A stretch of 35,480 bases of DNA from a virus (lineage: Duplodnaviria > Caudoviricetes). Position 1 is the first letter of the stretch. Every line of letters begins with the position of its first letter. The stretch covers positions 1 to 35,480 of the IMG/VR virus record IMGVR_UViG_3300044300_000526, one strand, 5' to 3'. The position numbers and the translations under genes are program-made. Shown in pieces: positions 8,356-14,770 of the stretch. Under the pieces are notes generated by a model. That model made no database searches and had not been told where the DNA came from. It was given only the letters and a program-made list of their open reading frames with translations.

Positions 8356-8971
8356 TGTGTATCCTCTTGTAAGTAACCCATGTGATAGCTTGGATCTGGG
8401 CTGCAAGGTAGTTCTCGCCTAGCTCCTCATTAATGAAGGCTGTGGCGTCCCTGTAGTCCTGTTTGATCCGTTGCCTTAATCGTTTACCTATGGCTGGTAC
8501 GTCCTTGAGTGCAAGGCGTATCCCCATAAAGATACAGTAGGCATGACCGTCGATGCAAACATCGTTGATCTCAGGTTGAGTGATGCAGTTGAAGAACTCA
8601 GTAACCTTAGGGCCATTGAGTATGTTGACGATAGGCTCGCCAGTATCCTGTATAATGCGTACTGCTTTCTCTTTATTAAGAGGAGGAGTAGAACATTTCA
8701 CATTGACTGCATCCTCAGCTGTCCCATGATTCCATGCCTTGAGCATAGTCTCGGCATTAAGAACATTACGACTCCACTCGTTAAGTGGGCTGAGAGCAGC
8801 GATAACACCCGCAGCTTGGTCAGTGCTTACATTGAAGCGTTTACCTAGCTTGTAGGCGATCTGATGTGCCTCAGGATACCAATTACAGCCATTCTCTACC
8901 TCAAGCGTTGTAGCCTGAGTGAACATGGCCACCACATTGCGAGCCTCCGCTGATAGTTGAGCGTAACTCAT
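8348..8971 (-). CDS. First early gene; phage protein with HhH-GPD/endonuclease III-like motifs
   Basis: AALSP...W..N, GPKV, VCIDGHA and QAITW motifs parallel the G.K, VDTH and Q..W motifs of HhH glycosylases; function is inferred. Confidence 0.75.
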   Translation of the reverse strand: MSYAQLSAEARNVVAMFTQATTLEVENGCNWYPEAHQIAYKLGKRFNVSTDQAAGVIAALSPLNEWSRNVLNAETMLKAWNHGTAEDAVNVKCSTPPLNKEKAVRIIQDTGEPIVNILNGPKVTEFFNCITQPEINDVCIDGHAYCIFMGIRLALKDVPAIGKRLRQRIKQDYRDATAFINEELGENYLAAQIQAITWVTYKRIHNV

Positions 8972-9076
8972 AATAATTAGTGGAAAGCGTTCACCTGTGA
9001 TGATGGTGGATTGTGGAGTGTTCAGGAATTACACCCGAATGAATAGCCTAGCCACTCCAAGAAATAGCTCATATGT

Positions 9077-9106
9077 ATTACACACTTTCACTTAGTCTTA
9101 AGTCAA
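9077..9106 (-). promoter_or_regulatory. Candidate host sigma70-type early promoter
   Basis: TTGACT (9101-9106), 18 nt, then TGTAAT; about 100 nt upstream of the first early gene. The -10 element is imperfect. Confidence 0.4.
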
Positions 9107-9124
9107 GGGTCGGTTGGCCGACAT

Positions 9125-9138
9125 AGTACATATGAACT
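9125..9138. promoter_or_regulatory. Solitary LexA-box-like palindrome upstream of the early promoter
   Basis: AGTACATATGAACT, one mismatch from AGTACWNWTGTACT, within the extended palindrome atagtacatatgaactat. Confidence 0.55.
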
Positions 9139-9397
9139 ATAGTAATTAATAGTTCACTTATTAGTTAACGCATTGACGGCAGAGACAATACGTACTCCCA
9201 CTATATCCCTGGCTCAAGCTGGCCCCACAAGGCCGACACTGTGGCTAGGTAACGCTTGCGATGGCCAGTGACGTTAGAGTATAAATACTCAGATTGTCCG
9301 TTTAACTCACTCGGTTTCAAGCTGTTCTCTACTTACAAGGTAGAGTCCTATAGTTTGATTGTGTTTGGTTTAATCCTCTTTTGTTTTGTATGTACTT

Positions 9398-9427
9398 ACA
9401 ATATCAAATGATTAGAATGTAAGTCAA
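9398..9427 (-). promoter_or_regulatory. Candidate host sigma70-type early promoter
   Basis: TTGACT (9422-9427), 18 nt, then an extended TGn-TATTGT (9398-9403). Confidence 0.55.
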
Positions 9428-9544
9428 CAAATGTTAGAGAATCAAGATAATTAGTTTTTAACCTCGTTGTGTGTTTGTTACTCCTTAATTATATAAGGTG
9501 TAGGTGATAGGGCTATGAGTAGAAATACTCAGCTGTTGTATTTG

Positions 9545-9558
9545 GTATCATTTGATAC
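9545..9558. promoter_or_regulatory. NtcA-box-like palindrome
   Basis: GTATCATTTGATAC = GTA-N8-TAC with internal symmetry. Confidence 0.5.
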
Positions 9559-9612
9559 TTTCAGGGGCTTTCAGTGTTTAGAGTAGGTATAATTACTCAC
9601 GCCCCTGATGAT

Positions 9613-9637
9613 GGTGGCCAAGCCCACCTTTTTTTTT
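9613..9637 (+). terminator. Candidate intrinsic terminator on the antisense (+) strand
   Basis: GGTGG-ccaagc-CCACC followed by nine T. Confidence 0.4.
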
Positions 9638-9656
9638 ATTAAGTATAAATACCTAT

Positions 9657-9774
9657 AGTACATTTGTATTATAGTACATTTGTATTATAGTACATTTATA
9701 CTATAGTACATTTGTATTGTAGTACATTTATACTATCGCTAATACATTTGTACTATTACTAATACATTTGTACT
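9657..9774. repeat. Tandem array B: seven LexA-box-like palindromes (periods 16,16,16,16,20,20 bp)
   Basis: 14-mers at 9657, 9673, 9689, 9705, 9721, 9741 and 9761, each one mismatch from AGTACATTTGTACT. Confidence 0.9.
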
Positions 9775-9934
9775 AATCTAAGTATTAATACCTATTTGTT
9801 ACATAATTTAATTTAAAATAACTTATACCTGTTATAGCAAAAACTAATCAATAAGCAAGTCACTAGGTATAAATACTTGTGAGATTCAACACAACAGATG
9901 TCAATAGGTATTTCTACCTACGTCTCCCCAAGAG

Positions 9935-10109
9935 GTAGTAGTACATCCGTATCACTACCTCGAAGTAGTAGTACATATGTATTAGCACCTCCCAGGGAGT
10001 AGTACTGGTGTACTACTACGCCATGATAGTGGTACAAATGTACTACTACCCCCGAGTGGTAGTTCAAATGTACCACTACCCCCCAGTAGTAGTACAAATG
10101 TACTATCGC
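9935..10109. repeat. Tandem array A: six ~30-bp units, each a ~24-bp palindrome (GTAGT-AGTACAAATGTACT-ACTAC) with a LexA-box-like core
   Basis: Cores at 9940, 9970, 10001, 10031, 10061 and 10091, separated by short C-rich linkers. Confidence 0.9.
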
Positions 10110-10185
10110 CTGTATCATTGGGCACCACGGGGGGTAACAAATGTCTGGGGCGTAGAGAATACACTTCAGAAAATTATGTTAAAAT

Positions 10186-10398
10186 TTAAGACCCCGTAAG
10201 ATACTTATTAATCAGGCTAATATTCTCTTCATACTTGGAGGCATCGTGTAATTCAGCTTCGATAGCTTCTAGGACACCTGGGTGCTCTCCGATACCTGCG
10301 GGGTTATTTAGGTAAACTTCTATGTTAGCTAAGTGCTTTTGAAGTTCCCCGTGGTTGTGAGCTAATAAGGCTTTGAGGATTTTCTCTCTCATTAACAT
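10186..10398 (-). CDS. Cyanophage-type hypothetical protein, last late gene
   Basis: 70-aa helical ORF with NIEVYLNNPAGIGEH, a motif recalled from cyanophage hypothetical proteins. Confidence 0.75.
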   Translation of the reverse strand: MLMREKILKALLAHNHGELQKHLANIEVYLNNPAGIGEHPGVLEAIEAELHDASKYEENISLINKYLTGS

Positions 10399-10512
10399 TG
10401 TTCTTTATATATAGGTATATAATACCTCCTACTGGACCTATTATCCTTAATAGTAGTAAGAGTAATAATAGTTTACGGATCATGGCTCACTTCGTTCGCA
10501 GACATGATAGAT

Positions 10513-10559
10513 AAAGGGGGGAAGAAGAGAAAGAATGTTGTCTTATTCTTCTTCCCTTT
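10513..10559 (-). other. Long hairpin downstream of terminase (terminator or RNase III-type site)
   Basis: GGGAAGAAGA...TCTTCTTCCC inverted repeat; a second hairpin lies at about 10575-10600. Confidence 0.45.
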
Positions 10560-10617
10560 GACCGCTGTTTCCACACACGAAGAGCACCACTTCTCCGTGT
10601 ATTATAAGGGGGTTCCT

Positions 10618-12372
10618 CTAAATCCAAGTAGGGACACCGTTTTTAGCATCTGAACCTCTAGCTTGTTGTCTTTGTTTTAGGTCCATTCCTAGAGCTAAAT
10701 AATTAGCTTCTGATTGAGGATCATCCATCCAAGCTTGAAGGTGGTCTATCCATTCTTGTTTTTCTCTATCTACCTTTACTTGATCAGCACTGATGGAGAG
10801 GGCATCTGTAAACCACTTGACCCCTTGGGCAAGGGCATCGACTCTGTCATCGTGCTTAACGGCCCCTTTTTCCCTGCACATCCTGGAGATTTGGTATCCA
10901 AGCATATATTGGAATCTAGTTTCAGTTGGTCTTTCAGAACTCGATTCATAATCCCATTTAATAACCTTGGGGTCAATAACCAACCTATGCTGATTAAAGA
11001 CAGGCTCAAGGCTGTCAATAATACGATCTTCTTTCCTGACATTAGCTCTTGTTTCCTCTATGTTAATTGGTACATTTTTATTAATGGCATGTTTTCTAAA
11101 TAGTTCGGATACCATGCCGTCACCGAAGTTAGATTCAATTAAAAGTGTTGAAACTTTATACTTTTTACACCTAGCAAGAATAGCAAGTAATGTACTATCG
11201 CTATATCCGTCCTGAGAGGCGTAGATTTCATGTAAATACATAATCCCATTCAACTGGGAAATAAAGCACGCTACAGTCTCATCTGTACCCCTTCCAGAGG
11301 GGTCTACGCTGCAGATAGTCTCACTATATGGTTTCCATTCACCTTGAACCTGCATAGGGCTATAATAATAGTCACCTGGAAGCCCCACACAAGGTAACTC
11401 TTTAACTATGTTGTCTTTACTTGAACACCAGATGATGTTTTCAGGTGCTGTTTCGGGGTTAACTGGATTAATGATGAGATCGGAAAATTTGAGAGGAAAC
11501 TTCTCCGCATCAGATAAAGAAGTGTCCAGCATAAACTGTAACATAAAGTTGCTACGACCCATAGCAGATTCACGTTCCAGCAGATCGTCCTCCTTAAATC
11601 TTGTATCCGTTGGATTCCAAGTGAGATCTGTTTCATTTTCTAAGTCTTGTTCTAGTTGTGGTGCGAGTAAACCATCATACATAGCCACCTTTCGAGGGTA
11701 TCTAGCTGGCCATACAAAAGGTTTATAAGCTCGTTCTCTGAGTTTATTATAGACGGTAAAAGTAGTTTGAGGAGTTCCAAGGAACATGATACGAGAATCA
11801 GGTTTAGGAGTAAGAATAGACTCACACTCAGTAACCAGTTGAAGTAGTTTTTCACGTTGTAGTTCGGTCATACTATTGTTTGGCACCTCTACATCGTCTA
11901 AAACCATCAAATCTGCACGAGATCCAGTTAACTGCCCCGTAATACCGACTGATTTAACGCTAGGTGCTTGGTGAGGTGCAGCAGTACCCACATCAAAAGA
12001 CACTCTAGACCATCTCTGGTCATCATTCTTTGGTCTTAGATGGGACATCCAAGGTACCTCAAGGATTAATCTTTGACAGAAGATCGAAAATGAGTCAGCT
12101 CTATCCTTAGAAGCCGAAACAACCATGATTTTCTTGTTTGCATCGTTATATAACGTCCAAAGAACAAAAGCCGCAGTAATCCAAGATTTACCAACACCTC
12201 TAAAGGCTTGAATTTGGAGTCTCTTTGGTCCATGTTGTAAATACTCTGCTATACAAAGCTGTGCCCTGGTAGGAGGTGGTAACGCTAAATGCGTCCAGAT
12301 AGCCGTTAGGAATAAACGGAAGTCTTTCTGTAATTGCTCCTCTAAGGGTGCTTGTTTTTTCTTTCTAGGCAT
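10618..12372 (-). CDS. Terminase large subunit (T7 gp19-like)
   Basis: AFRGVGKS Walker A, VLDDVE Walker B, GTPQ, VDPSGRGTDET and HDDRVDALA nuclease motifs. Confidence 0.97.
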   Translation of the reverse strand: MPRKKKQAPLEEQLQKDFRLFLTAIWTHLALPPPTRAQLCIAEYLQHGPKRLQIQAFRGVGKSWITAAFVLWTLYNDANKKIMVVSASKDRADSFSIFCQRLILEVPWMSHLRPKNDDQRWSRVSFDVGTAAPHQAPSVKSVGITGQLTGSRADLMVLDDVEVPNNSMTELQREKLLQLVTECESILTPKPDSRIMFLGTPQTTFTVYNKLRERAYKPFVWPARYPRKVAMYDGLLAPQLEQDLENETDLTWNPTDTRFKEDDLLERESAMGRSNFMLQFMLDTSLSDAEKFPLKFSDLIINPVNPETAPENIIWCSSKDNIVKELPCVGLPGDYYYSPMQVQGEWKPYSETICSVDPSGRGTDETVACFISQLNGIMYLHEIYASQDGYSDSTLLAILARCKKYKVSTLLIESNFGDGMVSELFRKHAINKNVPINIEETRANVRKEDRIIDSLEPVFNQHRLVIDPKVIKWDYESSSERPTETRFQYMLGYQISRMCREKGAVKHDDRVDALAQGVKWFTDALSISADQVKVDREKQEWIDHLQAWMDDPQSEANYLALGMDLKQRQQARGSDAKNGVPTWI

Positions 12373-12428
12373 ATGTATATAAAGGGTACTTAAGCCCCGT
12401 TGTAGGGGCTTGTAGGTACCTTACAGTG

Positions 12429-12758
12429 TTATTGTATCCAGTTAAGGATCAGCGATTCTCTAATTTGATTGGGAGGGAAGTTATCCCTAAACCAAGTTAA
12501 CCAATTCGTGCTCCCTTTGCTCTGATTACACGACCTACATGCGGGAACGCAATTACAAGTATGGGAACTACCTCCCATACATCTGGGATGTACATGATCA
12601 ATGGTAAGATCATTCTCGTTATGGGGTTTTCCACAATAAATACATTCATAATTGTTTGCCTCTTTTATAGCTTTTCTCCATAGACGTTTTGCATCAGATG
12701 AGGTCATAACTATAAGGTTTTGTAAGTAGTGTTCAGATGTTGGGAGTACTGGTGTCAT
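12429..12758 (-). CDS. HNH endonuclease
   Basis: CIYCG...TIDHVHPRCMGG...NCVPACRSCNQSKG. Confidence 0.88.
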   Translation of the reverse strand: MTPVLPTSEHYLQNLIVMTSSDAKRLWRKAIKEANNYECIYCGKPHNENDLTIDHVHPRCMGGSSHTCNCVPACRSCNQSKGSTNWLTWFRDNFPPNQIRESLILNWIQ

Positions 12759-13024
12759 TTCCTACCACGATTTCTTGCTCGGTTTTTAGAAGGATTCTCT
12801 CTAACTAACTTTCCAGATTTAGTATGGGAGAAATCTTTACCGCCTTTACCGTAAGCTTTAGCTTTACGCCTAGCTCTATTTAGTTCAGCACGGTACTTTT
12901 TATTGATTTTGAGCTTATTTCTTCTCCTTTGTGCTGAATTTTTCTTTATTCTAGACAAAGGATTCTTGCGGTAGTTACGGGCACTCTTTTTGAGTTTAGA
13001 AAGCGGGAGTTTCTTAGGGGCCAT
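12755..13024 (-). CDS. Highly basic hypothetical protein with a degenerate HNH-like C-terminus
   Basis: K/R-rich 89 aa; KDFSH...ENPSKNRARN; coupled to both neighbours. Confidence 0.7.
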   Translation of the reverse strand: MAPKKLPLSKLKKSARNYRKNPLSRIKKNSAQRRRNKLKINKKYRAELNRARRKAKAYGKGGKDFSHTKSGKLVRENPSKNRARNRGRK

Positions 13025-13263
13025 TAGCGTGTTACTGCTCGTTGTACTGCATCAAAATCAACCTTTGGCATTAGATCAGCTAGAGCACCAAGAGGAGATC
13101 CATCTAATGCTATGCCTGTGATATCATTCTTATACAGCCAATCAGCTGCTGCCTTTAGGTCTGCAGTAGTAGCTTCACCAGCTTTTATTCTTTCTAGAAA
13201 CTCCTTAGTAATTAAATTATGCAGCTCATTGAACTGAGCTTCAGTTGCTCTAGCTTTAGTCAT
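13024..13263 (-). CDS. Terminase small subunit (T7 gp18-like)
   Basis: LHNLIT...GEATTADLKAAADWLYKNDI motif of DNA maturase A; size and position fit. Confidence 0.85.
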   Translation of the reverse strand: MTKARATEAQFNELHNLITKEFLERIKAGEATTADLKAAADWLYKNDITGIALDGSPLGALADLMPKVDFDAVQRAVTR

Positions 13264-13421
13264 TATTTAGGTAATAAATTCTTCTTTACCAGTGCCACAG
13301 CTTGATCATCAAGTGTGTTATCTGTGGATTTTGCCAAGCCTTCTAGCAAGTCAACAACAAGTTGCTTCATTGCTTTGGACTTTATAAATGCGAAAAGGAT
13401 AGGCTTTAAAATTAGGATCAT
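13263..13421 (-). CDS. Small hypothetical protein (52 aa), possibly lysis-related
   Basis: Manual translation MILILKPILFAFIKSKAMKQLVVDLLEGLAKSTDNTLDDQAVALVKKNLLPK; TAATG coupling at both ends. Confidence 0.75.
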   Translation of the reverse strand: MILILKPILFAFIKSKAMKQLVVDLLEGLAKSTDNTLDDQAVALVKKNLLPK

Positions 13422-13522
13422 TATTCTTTAGTAGTTTTAGTGGATTTTTTAGTTGCTGTTTTTTTCTTTTTAGCCGCTTGTTCAGCTAAAAGTTCTTTTG
13501 CACTTTTGTTAGCGTAAGTCAT
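13421..13522 (-). CDS. Lysine-rich peptide (33 aa)
   Basis: Manual translation MTYANKSAKELLAEQAAKKKKTATKKSTKTTKE; ATGA overlap upstream and TAATG overlap downstream. Confidence 0.55.
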   Translation of the reverse strand: MTYANKSAKELLAEQAAKKKKTATKKSTKTTKE

Positions 13523-14298
13523 TTTTTAGTGTTAGTTGGACATTCGTACTCCTGTTTACTCCAAAGGAATTTCTTTTCTTTAGGAGTACATTCTGTTTTC
13601 AAATACTGCTTAACTGCAGCTTTTTTGTTTGCTTGATATTTTACTATAGGAACGACATCGTTACACATACTATAGACACGAGAGTTTTCAGTTAGCATAA
13701 AACCTTTACGTTGAAGTTCAGCACATTTTAAAACCCTAACTAATTCATAGTCAAGTCTTAGCTTTTCTTCTTGTCGTTTTGCTATACGCCTACACTGTTC
13801 TAAACCTCTTCGATCTAAAGGTATCATAAAGTTAACTTGTCCTCCCCAGTTCTCAGCTATTGTGTAGCTTCTCTGGCTCATCTCATCATCATAGGGAACC
13901 GTATGATTCCCCATGTAGAAAGGACTAAACGTCATTGTAGCACCATTACAGCTAACCCCAGAACCATAGTGCTGCCTTGAAGGAGCACCATTATTCTGGA
14001 ATTGGACTGCTTGGTTTGTAACATTTCCTGTCGCTGCTGCAACAGGATTAGAGGTGTTATGTGTTTCACCTTCTGCTGCTTTAACAGGTGTTACTGAGAG
14101 AAGACTGACAAGGAGACAGTAGTAGATTCCGTTTCGATAGTTCTTTCGATCTCTGTAAGTTCGATTATCTGACTGGCTGCTCTTGACACTACTTCTAGTG
14201 AAAAGTCGCTTCCAGCTGTGTGAATCGTAAAGATTGAATCTGAATCTACTAAACCTCCAGAGCTTGCTGAGGTGTGAGTTATATTGTCGCCTGACCAT
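13519..14298 (-). CDS. Cyanophage-type exported protein; true start uncertain
   Basis: Signal-peptide-like YYCLLVSLLSVTPVKA followed by SNPVAAATGNVTNQAVQFQNNGAPSRQ; the only upstream ATG lies deep inside the preceding gene. Confidence 0.75.
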   Translation of the reverse strand: MVRRQYNSHLSKLWRFSRFRFNLYDSHSWKRLFTRSSVKSSQSDNRTYRDRKNYRNGIYYCLLVSLLSVTPVKAAEGETHNTSNPVAAATGNVTNQAVQFQNNGAPSRQHYGSGVSCNGATMTFSPFYMGNHTVPYDDEMSQRSYTIAENWGGQVNFMIPLDRRGLEQCRRIAKRQEEKLRLDYELVRVLKCAELQRKGFMLTENSRVYSMCNDVVPIVKYQANKKAAVKQYLKTECTPKEKKFLWSKQEYECPTNTKK

Positions 14299-14462
14299 TT
14301 ATTTAATGCGGCACCATAGGTGGTTGTTGTGATTTCCTCAGTGATATCCTGAGTCGTAGTGGTAGTGCTATTCATAGACCCTTGGGTAAAATTGGGTTGT
14401 ACTAATTCAGCACTTACAGTAGTCGGTGAAAGTAATAACAGCGTTAATAACCATTTTTTCAT
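14091..14462 (-). CDS. Exported Thr-rich hypothetical protein
   Basis: Signal peptide MKKWLLTLLLLSPTTVSA; PNFTQGSM motif. Confidence 0.75.
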   Translation of the reverse strand: MKKWLLTLLLLSPTTVSAELVQPNFTQGSMNSTTTTTQDITEEITTTTYGAALNKWSGDNITHTSASSGGLVDSDSIFTIHTAGSDFSLEVVSRAASQIIELTEIERTIETESTTVSLSVFSQ

Positions 14463-14770
14463 TCTTCTTTTTTCTTAGCCATAGGACAATTAATGGGTTT
14501 GTTATTACCATTATTTTTATTACCAGTAGTCAAGCCAAAAGTTGCGAGTGCTCCCGTAAATACCGAAGCAACGAACGTGATATCGCTGTTACCAGACTTC
14601 TTGACCATAGGTAATTCTACGTAGTTCATTGTAATGATAAATCCACTCCAAACTACAACTCCAAGACGGACAAATGTACCTAGAATTTGTATTTGATGTT
14701 CTTGATCCTCCGCAGCATCTTTTAACTTACCGAGGAGTCCTTTTTTTTCTTCTGGCGGTTTTCCTTCCAT
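14459..14770 (-). CDS. Two-TM membrane protein (holin candidate)
   Basis: Two hydrophobic segments, charged termini, late-gene position. Confidence 0.7.
   Translation of the reverse strand: MEGKPPEEKKGLLGKLKDAAEDQEHQIQILGTFVRLGVVVWSGFIITMNYVELPMVKKSGNSDITFVASVFTGALATFGLTTGNKNNGNNKPINCPMAKKKEE

Noticed and set aside
9935-10109. CRISPR-like array interpretation of the 30-bp palindromic repeats
   Set aside because: Linkers are only about 6 bp and similar to each other, the repeats are degenerate, and no cas genes are present.
9657-10109. NtcA sites as the identity of the array repeats
   Set aside because: The core spacing is GTA-N6-TAC, not N8; it fits the LexA consensus instead.
8972-10185. 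Prophage attachment site or tRNA in the non-coding gap
   Set aside because: No host genes, integrase or tRNA cloverleaf were recognised; the gap is better explained as the genome-end junction.
9918-10199. Three 60-66 aa ORFs over array A
   Set aside because: Periodic low-complexity translations on both strands are a by-product of a ~30-bp repeat; no RBS or homology support is visible.
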